Below, piece by piece: positions 50,877 through 58,257 of a DNA stretch of 58,257 bases. Under the pieces are notes generated by a model. The model did not search any database. It saw only the letters and a list, made by a program, of their open reading frames with translations, and was not told the DNA's origin. The translations under genes were made by a program, and so were the position numbers. The first letter of the stretch is position 1; every line of letters starts with the position of its first letter. The DNA is from a virus (Duplodnaviria > Caudoviricetes), in the IMG/VR virus record IMGVR_UViG_3300027971_002004, positions 1 through 58,257 of that record. The stretch is one strand, 5' to 3'.

Positions 50877-51893
50877 ATGAGTAACCTTTTCAAAAAAGCC
50901 GCTGTTTTTACCGACATTCACTTTGGTCTTAAGTCAAACAGCCTACAACATAACCAAGACTGTGCCGATTTCGTAGATTGGTTCATTACTAAAGCAAAAA
51001 AAGAAAACTGTGAGACATGTTTCTTCTTGGGCGACTATAATCATCATCGTGCAAGTATTAACATTCATACATTACAATTTGGACTACAAGCATTGGAGAA
51101 ACTAAGTGCTAACTTTGATACTGTATATTTTATACCAGGCAATCACGATCTTTATTATCGTGACCGTAGGGACATTCATAGCGTTGAGTGGGCTAAACAT
51201 CTACCAAACGTTAAGATCGTCAACGACTTCTTCAGTCAAGGAGATGTAGTTATTGCTCCATGGCTTGTGCATGATGACTACAAGGAATTACAAAAAATGA
51301 GTGGCAAATATATGTTTGGACATTTTGAATTACCTTATTTTCACATGAATGCTATGGTAGAGATGCCCGATCACGGTGAGATTAACGAAGACCATATGAC
51401 TGGCTTTGAAAAAGTATTCAGTGGTCACTTTCATAAACGTCAAGCACGTAAAAACATTTGGTACATTGGTAACGCTTTCCCACATAACTATGCTGATGCA
51501 GGTGATGACGCCCGGGGCATGATGATATTAGAATGGGGGACTGAGCCAGTATTTCATACATGGCCAAGACAGCCCGTGTTCCGTGTTCACAAACTAAGTG
51601 ATATCTTAGAAAACCCTGAGGGCTTGCTATTGATTGACAGCCATGTTAGAGTACATCTTGACATTGAAATCTCATATGAAGAAGCAAACTTCTTGCGTGA
51701 GACATGGATACCAGAACATAAACTAAGAGAGATGGCATTGATTCCTATGAAAGTAGAAACAAATGAGAACGGTCAAACGGCTGACGGACTAAAGTTCGAA
51801 AGTGTTGACCAAATTATTATTGACCAGATTAACTCAATTGAATCAAATAATTTTGATAAAAAGATTCTTTTGGACATTTATAACAACCTATGA
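50877..51893 (+). CDS. gp47: Recombination endonuclease subunit (gp47/SbcD/Mre11 metallophosphoesterase)
   Basis: FTDIHFG, FLGD, PGNHD, GHFE, SGHFH. Start reassigned to 50877 (MSNLFKK). Confidence 0.92.
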   Translation: MSNLFKKAAVFTDIHFGLKSNSLQHNQDCADFVDWFITKAKKENCETCFFLGDYNHHRASINIHTLQFGLQALEKLSANFDTVYFIPGNHDLYYRDRRDIHSVEWAKHLPNVKIVNDFFSQGDVVIAPWLVHDDYKELQKMSGKYMFGHFELPYFHMNAMVEMPDHGEINEDHMTGFEKVFSGHFHKRQARKNIWYIGNAFPHNYADAGDDARGMMILEWGTEPVFHTWPRQPVFRVHKLSDILENPEGLLLIDSHVRVHLDIEISYEEANFLRETWIPEHKLREMALIPMKVETNENGQTADGLKFESVDQIIIDQINSIESNNFDKKILLDIYNNL

Positions 51894-53962
51894 TTACATT
51901 ACAAGACATTACATTACGGAATTTTTTATCTATTGGACAAGTAACACAAGCAGTTGACTTTGACAAGAAAGACTTAACACTTATTCTAGGTGAGAATTTA
52001 GACTTAGGTGGTGATGGTGCTCGTAATGGTACGGGCAAGACTACCTTGATTCAAGGATTATCCTATGCATTGTTTGGTACGCCCATTAATAACATTCGTA
52101 AGGATAATTTAGTTAATCGTACAAATGGTAAGGGTATGATGGTTACATTGACATTCAATGTCAATGGCACAAACTATAAGATTGAGCGTGGTCGTAAACC
52201 AAACATTCTTAAGTTCTATGTAAATGATATTCAAGATAAAGCTTCTGAGGATCAACAAGGTGAGAACAAAGAGACACAAGCGGCAATTGAAAAAGTTATC
52301 AATATGTCAGCCGATATGTTCCGTCACATTGTTGTATTGAATACATATAGCGAACCATTCTTAGCGTTAAAAAATAACGAACAAAAAGATATCATTGAAC
52401 AGTTGATGGGTATTACGTTGCTAAGTGAGAAGGCTGAAATCATTAAAGAGATGATTCGCCGTAGCAAAGATGATATTCAGCAAGAGGAGTTTCGTGTTAA
52501 AGCTATTGAAGAAGCTAACAAGCGTGTCAAGGAACAGATTGACGCATTAAAGCGTAGGCAAACATTGTGGCTAAAGAAGCATGATGATGATTTGACTAGT
52601 TTGGCACTTCAGTATGATGAACTAAGCAAAATCAACATTGAATTAGAGTTACAAGCACATAAAGATTTGAATGTTTGGACAAAACAAAAAGAAGCACAAG
52701 ATACGTACAATGCATTAGTTGCACGTTCTACTGCTTGGCAACAAAAACATGATACTGACGTTTCAATAGCACACAAAGCCTATTTGCTTAAAAATGAATA
52801 TGACATTGAAACTGAACTTAAAATATGGACTGATTTAAAAGAATGGCTTAAGGATGAATCTGAACAAAAGATTATTGCTACCGCAATTGATACCCAAAAT
52901 AAAAATATCACAAAAGAAAAAAAAGCAATCGATAAATTGGTTCGGGAAATAAAAGAACTTGAAGATAACAAGTGTTATGCTTGTGGTCAAGACTTCCATG
53001 ATGACAAACATTTAGAAGTTACATTAGAAAAAACTACATTACTTGAGAATACAAAAGCTGATTTAGCAATTATGGAAGATCATTTAGAGTCTAACCAATC
53101 AGCACTCAAAGATATAGGTACTAAACCTACTCCGTCATATAAAACTGAAGCAGAAGCTATACGTCACAGTGGTGATGTATCTAACTTAAAGAAAGTTTGG
53201 GAAGATAAAAAACAAGAATCTAATCCTTTTAGTGAACAACTAAGTGAGTTGACTCCTATAGTTTTAGGTCCTCAACCTGTTACTCACTATGACACAGAAG
53301 CAGAGGCAATCAAACATTCAAGTGAGGTTGCTAACATTTTAAATCAAATTGATAACAAGTCACAAGAGACTGATCCATATTCAGAGCAAGTTGTTGAAAT
53401 GGAAACACAAGCACTTCAAGCAATTGATTTTGAAGCTATCAATAGATTGACACGTACAATGGAACATCAAAAGTTTTTGTTAGATTTGTTAACTAGCAAA
53501 GATAGCTTTGTTCGTAAGAAAATTATTGACCAAAACTTAAGTTACTTGAACGCAAGATTGACACATTACTTAGATAAGATTGGTCTACCGCATCAAGTTA
53601 TCTTTAAGAATGACTTGCAGGTTGAGATTACAGAATTAGGGCGTGAACTTGACTTTGATAACCTAAGTCGGGGTGAACGCAATAGATTAATTCTTGGTTT
53701 GAGTTTTGCTTTCCGTGATGTTTGGGAATCATTATATAGTCCTATCAATACATTGTTCATTGATGAATTGATTGATAGTGGGCTTGACACAATGGGTGTT
53801 GAGAACAGTCTTGCAATTCTTAAAGATATGTCACGTAGACGACAAAAATCTATTTGGCTTGTGTCACACAGAGAAGAACTAGCAGGTCGTGTACCAAACG
53901 TTCTCAAAGTTGTTAAAGAAAATGGTTTTACCTCATACAATACTGCGGTAGATATAGAATAA
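51890..53962 (+). CDS. gp46: Recombination ATPase subunit (gp46/SbcC/Rad50)
   Basis: RNFLS, Walker A NGTGKTT, CYAC zinc hook, LSRGE signature, LFIDE Walker B, VSH. Confidence 0.93.
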   Translation: MITLQDITLRNFLSIGQVTQAVDFDKKDLTLILGENLDLGGDGARNGTGKTTLIQGLSYALFGTPINNIRKDNLVNRTNGKGMMVTLTFNVNGTNYKIERGRKPNILKFYVNDIQDKASEDQQGENKETQAAIEKVINMSADMFRHIVVLNTYSEPFLALKNNEQKDIIEQLMGITLLSEKAEIIKEMIRRSKDDIQQEEFRVKAIEEANKRVKEQIDALKRRQTLWLKKHDDDLTSLALQYDELSKINIELELQAHKDLNVWTKQKEAQDTYNALVARSTAWQQKHDTDVSIAHKAYLLKNEYDIETELKIWTDLKEWLKDESEQKIIATAIDTQNKNITKEKKAIDKLVREIKELEDNKCYACGQDFHDDKHLEVTLEKTTLLENTKADLAIMEDHLESNQSALKDIGTKPTPSYKTEAEAIRHSGDVSNLKKVWEDKKQESNPFSEQLSELTPIVLGPQPVTHYDTEAEAIKHSSEVANILNQIDNKSQETDPYSEQVVEMETQALQAIDFEAINRLTRTMEHQKFLLDLLTSKDSFVRKKIIDQNLSYLNARLTHYLDKIGLPHQVIFKNDLQVEITELGRELDFDNLSRGERNRLILGLSFAFRDVWESLYSPINTLFIDELIDSGLDTMGVENSLAILKDMSRRRQKSIWLVSHREELAGRVPNVLKVVKENGFTSYNTAVDIE

Positions 53963-53995
53963 TTTTATACACAGAAACACACGATAAGTAGTAGT

Positions 53996-54562
53996 ATGTC
54001 AAGTCCACAAAAAGCAAAAGGATCAGGTTTTGAGCGAGAAATTGCTAAATATCTTTCAGAGAAGTACGGTGAAAGTTTCATTCGTGCTCCCGGATCCGGT
54101 GCTTATATTGGTGGAAAGAATCAATCAAGAACCCAAGTACTACATGAAGGTCAGATTAGAAGCTTTAAAGGGGACATAGTTCCTGGACAGACTTTTACTA
54201 AGATGAATGTAGAATGTAAGTTTTATGCTGATTTTCCGTTTCATTTATTACTTTCAGGGGAATGTAAAGTGATAGATGCTTGGCTAGAACAACTCATGGA
54301 TGTAGCTGATCCTGACGATTGTAATATTCTTTTTATGAAGTTCAATCGTAAGGGTCGTTATATTGCTGTACAAAGCAAACTAACATGGGTTACTGACAAT
54401 TTCTTGTATTATACAAGTCCTAAATTAGGAGATTGGATAATTATGGAGTTTGACAGTTTCTTCTTAAACAACAGTCAATTATTAAAAGCATATTCAGGCT
54501 CACCAGACACCACGTCAAATCAAACTATTACAAATAACAACATCCTCACAATAGCAACTTAA
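53996..54562 (+). CDS. Putative Holliday junction resolvase (Hjc-like PD-(D/E)XK nuclease)
   Basis: KAKGSGFEREIA, R.PGSGA, GDIV, VECKFY; ATAAGTA box at 53984-90. Confidence 0.75.
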   Translation: MSSPQKAKGSGFEREIAKYLSEKYGESFIRAPGSGAYIGGKNQSRTQVLHEGQIRSFKGDIVPGQTFTKMNVECKFYADFPFHLLLSGECKVIDAWLEQLMDVADPDDCNILFMKFNRKGRYIAVQSKLTWVTDNFLYYTSPKLGDWIIMEFDSFFLNNSQLLKAYSGSPDTTSNQTITNNNILTIAT

Positions 54563-54574
54563 TTAAAATAAAAA

Positions 54575-54965
54575 TGTGTCGTCCTGGTTGCAGGACCTCC
54601 TTGAGTTTGTACAGATTGTGCTGTGCTGACGGATCTGGAGTAAGCGTGTATAGCGATATACACGGAATACCGAGAAGGCAATCGACAAAGCGAACCTTCA
54701 ACAAGTCTATTGATATTTTGTCTTGAATCAATAGAATGTGCGTTGCTGAATGAAACACAAATGTGCGTAAATTCAACTACAATCCCATATACTTTACAGA
54801 GCAACCGGTAGCATTTAATAGCATCAAATAGCTAATTAAATGGGGAATAGATAACACTGGATGACGGTCGTGCAAAACAACCTTTACCATTGGTAGTGCT
54901 GAATAGCACTACCATGGCTTCAAATCGGCAATATAGTCTTTAATAAAAAAGAATTTAAAGATTAG
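54575..54965 (+). ncRNA. Candidate large structured non-coding RNA (unassigned family)
   Basis: Dense series of stems: 54581-96; 54609-26; 54645-64 with a GCGA GNRA loop; 54674-99; 54706-35; 54805-60; 54891-914; 54934-64. G-U pairs fit the plus strand. Confidence 0.55.
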
Positions 54966-54979
54966 ATAACCGTAAACAA

Positions 54980-55022
54980 TAAGAACGAACGAAGTGAGTT
55001 CTTAGATGAACGAAGTTCATCT
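54980..55022. repeat. Two tandem C(GAA)G hairpins
   Basis: TAAGAAC-GA-AC-GAA-GT-GA-GTTCTTA and AGATGAAC-GAA-GTTCATCT. Confidence 0.75.
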
Positions 55023-55077
55023 TTACAAAGAAACAATATAATAACCCGATGTGATAAATGAACAGTTACGGATTTGC

Positions 55078-55305
55078 TTAGAAGAATGGCAATTGTGATT
55101 TCTTAGTCACTTCCATATTATTATCAATAATTTTCTTAATTTCTTCTCGCTCATCTGAGGACATGTTTAATATATCTTCATATGTTACACCACCTCTCAT
55201 ATACCAACTCATACTAAGAGCATTTTTCTTAATATTGGTACACTCTTCTTCCATATTATCTATCAGCTTCTTTACACCCTCGTGTTCAAGGTGTAGAAGC
55301 CTCAT
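55078..55305 (-). CDS. Small tail/baseplate assembly protein; probable -1 frameshift extension of the upstream gene
   Basis: SWYMRGGVTYEDILNMS..ER motif; ATGA overlap with the upstream stop, in the -1 frame, with no clear SD sequence. Confidence 0.7.
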   Translation of the reverse strand: MRLLHLEHEGVKKLIDNMEEECTNIKKNALSMSWYMRGGVTYEDILNMSSDEREEIKKIIDNNMEVTKKSQLPFF

Positions 55306-55314
55306 CCGAAAAAA
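55266..55314 (-). promoter_or_regulatory. Putative -1 programmed ribosomal frameshift signal
   Basis: Slippery T TTT TTC (55314-55308), 7-nt spacer, then hairpin 55300-55266. Confidence 0.65.
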
Positions 55315-56132
55315 TCAGATGTATTTAACGTAAAGGGTTGTTCATATTCATGTTGACAATGCATACAACGAATTTTCAATGGTTTGATTTCTGTCTGTGC
55401 TTTAAGATTACTATTATGATCTCTGATAGCAACATAAGTATCTCTGTCACAATTTTGTAGATAATCCAATATATATTCTCTTTCTTCTACAAAAGCACTA
55501 GGAGTTTTGATATGTGTAATAGTTTGTGATAGTATACGCATTGTAACATCAGTAATAAATTTCAATGCCTGTTGAGTTTTCTTTATTTTAACAGTTTCAT
55601 CTTCTTCTTTTTCTAACTGAATAAACATTCTTTGTGCTTCCATTTGACCAGTACCAGCTTCATTCATTTCTTTATAAGTCAGTGGTCTAAATTTAATTGA
55701 TAGATCATTTAAAACTAATTCTTCATTATAATCAGCAGATTTAAGTTGACTTAATATTCCTATCAAATTGACTGCATATTCTGCAAATTCTTTACAACTT
55801 GGGCATTCTGATGCTACACTCATATCGTTTCCACCAGCAGCCGACCTAATTGCTATTAATACAGCATCCAAGTCAATACTATTGATTGACCATGGGTCTT
55901 TAATATCAGGTATACAGCTTTTGATGATATCTACCATTGCAGTTCCATTATACAGTGCATCCGGTGTTTTTGCACTAATTTCATCGATAGCGGTCATTGG
56001 ATATACTGCTAATTCTCCAGACTCTGGTATAGTTAACACAGATGGTGAATACATTGTACCACCACTGGGCAATTTTAAATAAATTGAAGGTCTGCGAAAA
56101 TATTGCTTTAAAGGGTTGTTTTGAATAGTCAT
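55302..56132 (-). CDS. gp26: Baseplate hub assembly/tail chaperone protein (T4 gp26-like)
   Basis: IYLKLPSGG, YPMTAIDE, DLDAVLIAIR, CPSC, IKFRP, CMHC, terminal DFFG. Confidence 0.72.
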   Translation of the reverse strand: MTIQNNPLKQYFRRPSIYLKLPSGGTMYSPSVLTIPESGELAVYPMTAIDEISAKTPDALYNGTAMVDIIKSCIPDIKDPWSINSIDLDAVLIAIRSAAGGNDMSVASECPSCKEFAEYAVNLIGILSQLKSADYNEELVLNDLSIKFRPLTYKEMNEAGTGQMEAQRMFIQLEKEEDETVKIKKTQQALKFITDVTMRILSQTITHIKTPSAFVEEREYILDYLQNCDRDTYVAIRDHNSNLKAQTEIKPLKIRCMHCQHEYEQPFTLNTSDFFG

Positions 56133-56166
56133 TATTGTCCTTGATAAAAAACGGGCTTTTGCCCAA

Positions 56167-56192
56167 TACTAAATACTACATAATATTTAGTA
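56167..56192. promoter_or_regulatory. Inverted pair of CTAAATA late-type boxes between divergent genes
   Basis: TACTAAATA-ctacataa-TATTTAGTA, a perfect 9-bp inverted repeat. Confidence 0.65.
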
Positions 56193-56202
56193 GGTAAAAT
56201 CC

Positions 56203-58257
56203 ATGTCACAAAATTTAGATCCAGAAGCTATTGACAAATTCAATGAATCACTGCGTGAGTTGAATAATAGTATGCCCTCATTTGTTTTGGGCATAAATCA
56301 AATTTTGGGAGTTGCCTCAGGTTCAGTTAAAGCGTCAGATGCATTAAAAAACTTATCAAAGAATGCCAAAGAGTTAACTGCAATGCAAGAAGCAGAAGCA
56401 CAGACTCAGAAGAAAAAAGATGCAATAGATGCAAATAGAACTAGAGCACAAACTCAAGCGACAGATGCATTACAAAAGTTTGCACATGGATTAACAGATA
56501 CATCTACTGAATTTGCAAAGTTTAACGGGGCATTGGGTAGTGCCGGCGATGCCGCATTAAGTATTGGTAAAAACTTTGGTTTACTTGGATTAGCTGCCGG
56601 CGCACTAATCAAAGCTACTACAATGGCGGCTCAAGCTGCCACTAAACAAGCAGATAATGCATTAAAAGCTACAGATGAATTTAACAAGATGGGTGCTGCC
56701 GGAGGCCATACTGCTAAAAGTATTGCTGAGATGGGTATTAATATTGGTCTGAGTAATGAACAATTTGCCTTAATGCCAAAGGCTCTTAAAAAAGCCGGTG
56801 ATGGTATTGTTAGTTTAGGTGCAACTACGGCTGATGGACAGAAAAAATTCATGGGAATGCTTGCTGTTACTAATCAACAACGTGAGGCATTCCAGAGATT
56901 AGGCATTGGTCAAGAAGAATTAATGGAAAAACAAGCTGAATACATTGCATTGCAAGGTATGTCAGGTAAATCATTAGTTGGCCAAGCAAAAGATGCAGAT
57001 AAACTACGTAAGTCATCATTAGAATATACTGAAAACTTACTACGACTAAGTGCATTGACAGGTAAAGATGCTGACAAGATTGCAAAGGATCAGCAACTTG
57101 CCAAGATGCAATATGAAGAGGTTGTTCAAACTAGAATTGAAGATGACAAGATTCGTCAATTAACACAAGAAGGTAGAATGGCAGAGGCTCAGGCAATAAA
57201 AGATGAGCAAAAAGCTAGGGAACAGTTTATCACAGATGCTACTTCACGATTTGGTGAAGAGACTGGATTACAGTTAGCTAAAGTAATGCGAACCGGTGCA
57301 TTTGATGAATCTACTAAAGGTATTGCACAATTAGGAATAGATGCTACTGAGCTTGCGGCTAAGCTTAAGAAAGCAAAACCTGGTGAAGAAGTTGCTGATT
57401 TATTCAATGAGACTGCTGAAACAGTAAAAACAAAAGTAAGTTCAAATCTAAAGAATTTTGGAACTAGTCTACAATTTGGTGGAGAGGAATTAGGAAAAAC
57501 ATTAGGTCTTAACAAAGAACTAATATTAAACACCGGTCGAACAATTGAAAGAAATGAAAAAGAAGCTGATAGACTTGCAAAATTAGGTATAGGCAAACCT
57601 AGTGACGGAAAAACTGGTAAGACTTCTGAAGATGATCCTACACAAAAATACAGAAATGCATTAACCACTACTACAATTGAAGCTAATAGATTACTAGAAA
57701 AAACATTATTAGCCGGCAGTCCATTAATGAATGGCATCAATTTATTAACCGGGACATTTGCACTTTTAACGGCTGCAGCCGTTGCATCATCAGTAGCATT
57801 AAGTGCGATGGCATTAAAAGCAACAATTGGTAAAACTGTGGAAGCCGCAGGAAATATAGGCAATACTGGTGGCGGTGGTATACTAGATAAGATTTTTGGA
57901 GGAGGAGCACCTAGTGGTGGAGGTGCTCCAGGTGCACCTAGTGCTCCTAATGGTTCTGCTAAAGGTGGTAGAACACGTGATGCTAAAGGTAGATTTACAA
58001 AAGCTCCCGCAATACCTACAGCAACATTGGCAGGTGGAGGCGCCGGCGAAGGTTCTAAAGTAATGGCAATGGTTGGCGATGCAGGACCTGCATTGGCTAA
58101 ATTAGGCCCAGGAGTAGGTGAAGGTGCCGCTGGATTCTTAAAAGCGTTTGCTAATCCACAAGTTGTTTTAGGTGCAGCCGGTCTAGGTGCATCTATTGCC
58201 ACACTGATTGCAACTATCGGTGCTGGTATTGCCGGTGCAAGTTGGATTATGGGCAAA
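56203..58257 (+). CDS. Tape measure protein, 3'-truncated by the window edge (not in ORF track)
   Basis: ATG at 56203: MSQNLDPEAIDKFNESLREL..., A/G/K/L-rich helical frame appearing open to the edge, with hydrophobic stretches and an RDAKGRF motif; next to the gp26-like gene. Confidence 0.8.
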   Translation, partial: MSQNLDPEAIDKFNESLRELNNSMPSFVLGINQILGVASGSVKASDALKNLSKNAKELTAMQEAEAQTQKKKDAIDANRTRAQTQATDALQKFAHGLTDTSTEFAKFNGALGSAGDAALSIGKNFGLLGLAAGALIKATTMAAQAATKQADNALKATDEFNKMGAAGGHTAKSIAEMGINIGLSNEQFALMPKALKKAGDGIVSLGATTADGQKKFMGMLAVTNQQREAFQRLGIGQEELMEKQAEYIALQGMSGKSLVGQAKDADKLRKSSLEYTENLLRLSALTGKDADKIAKDQQLAKMQYEEVVQTRIEDDKIRQLTQEGRMAEAQAIKDEQKAREQFITDATSRFGEETGLQLAKVMRTGAFDESTKGIAQLGIDATELAAKLKKAKPGEEVADLFNETAETVKTKVSSNLKNFGTSLQFGGEELGKTLGLNKELILNTGRTIERNEKEADRLAKLGIGKPSDGKTGKTSEDDPTQKYRNALTTTTIEANRLLEKTLLAGSPLMNGINLLTGTFALLTAAAVASSVALSAMALKATIGKTVEAAGNIGNTGGGGILDKIFGGGAPSGGGAPGAPSAPNGSAKGGRTRDAKGRFTKAPAIPTATLAGGGAGEGSKVMAMVGDAGPALAKLGPGVGEGAAGFLKAFANPQVVLGAAGLGASIATLIATIGAGIAGASWIMGK

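Noticed and set aside
54546-54804. 76-aa and 81-aa minus-strand ORFs in the structured gap
   Set aside because: No convincing RBS, atypical composition, mutually overlapping; the region is better explained as structured nucleic acid.
54765-54940. Group I intron-like fragments (TTCAACTAC, ATATAGTC)
   Set aside because: No proper GACTA P7 partner and no interrupted gene, so a group I intron is not supported. A covariance-model search would settle it.
54563-55077. RNase P RNA, tmRNA, tRNA or CRISPR array
   Set aside because: No GAGGAAAGTCC, no tRNA-like ends or T-loop/CCA, and no regularly spaced direct repeats (only AATGTGCGT twice).
57189-58256. 355-aa minus-strand ORF (also 56631-56852 and 56870-57085)
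   Set aside because: Antisense shadows of the plus-strand tape measure frame.
1-58257. Stop-codon reassignment, inteins or introns
   Set aside because: Genes are full length and densely packed under the standard code; no intein or intron interruption was evident.

Overview
AT-rich segment of a large tailed dsDNA phage with a T4-like contractile tail and standard genetic code. 1-16.7 kb (minus strand) is an almost gapless enzyme operon with eight radical SAM enzymes (two B12-binding class B, six SPASM/twitch type), a class I methyltransferase, a 2OG-Fe(II) oxygenase and several GT-A-like proteins. It lies directly downstream of tail-fibre genes and carries late-type promoter boxes. 16.7-49.8 kb (minus) is the tail/baseplate module, with a 5,937-aa repeat-rich protein and gp6-, gp25-, gp5-, hub-, gp53- and tube-initiator-like genes. 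49.9-54.6 kb (plus) encodes a gp55-like late sigma factor, gp47/gp46 and an Hjc-type resolvase. 54.56-55.08 kb is a ~500-nt gap packed with hairpins, a candidate large structured ncRNA. 55.1-56.1 kb (minus) is a gp26-like gene plus a short ORF joined by a likely -1 frameshift signal, divergent from a tape measure gene that runs off the window. Best leads: the putative virion glycosylation/radical SAM tailoring pathway, the structured intergenic element and the frameshift. All product calls come from motif reading only; no searches were run.
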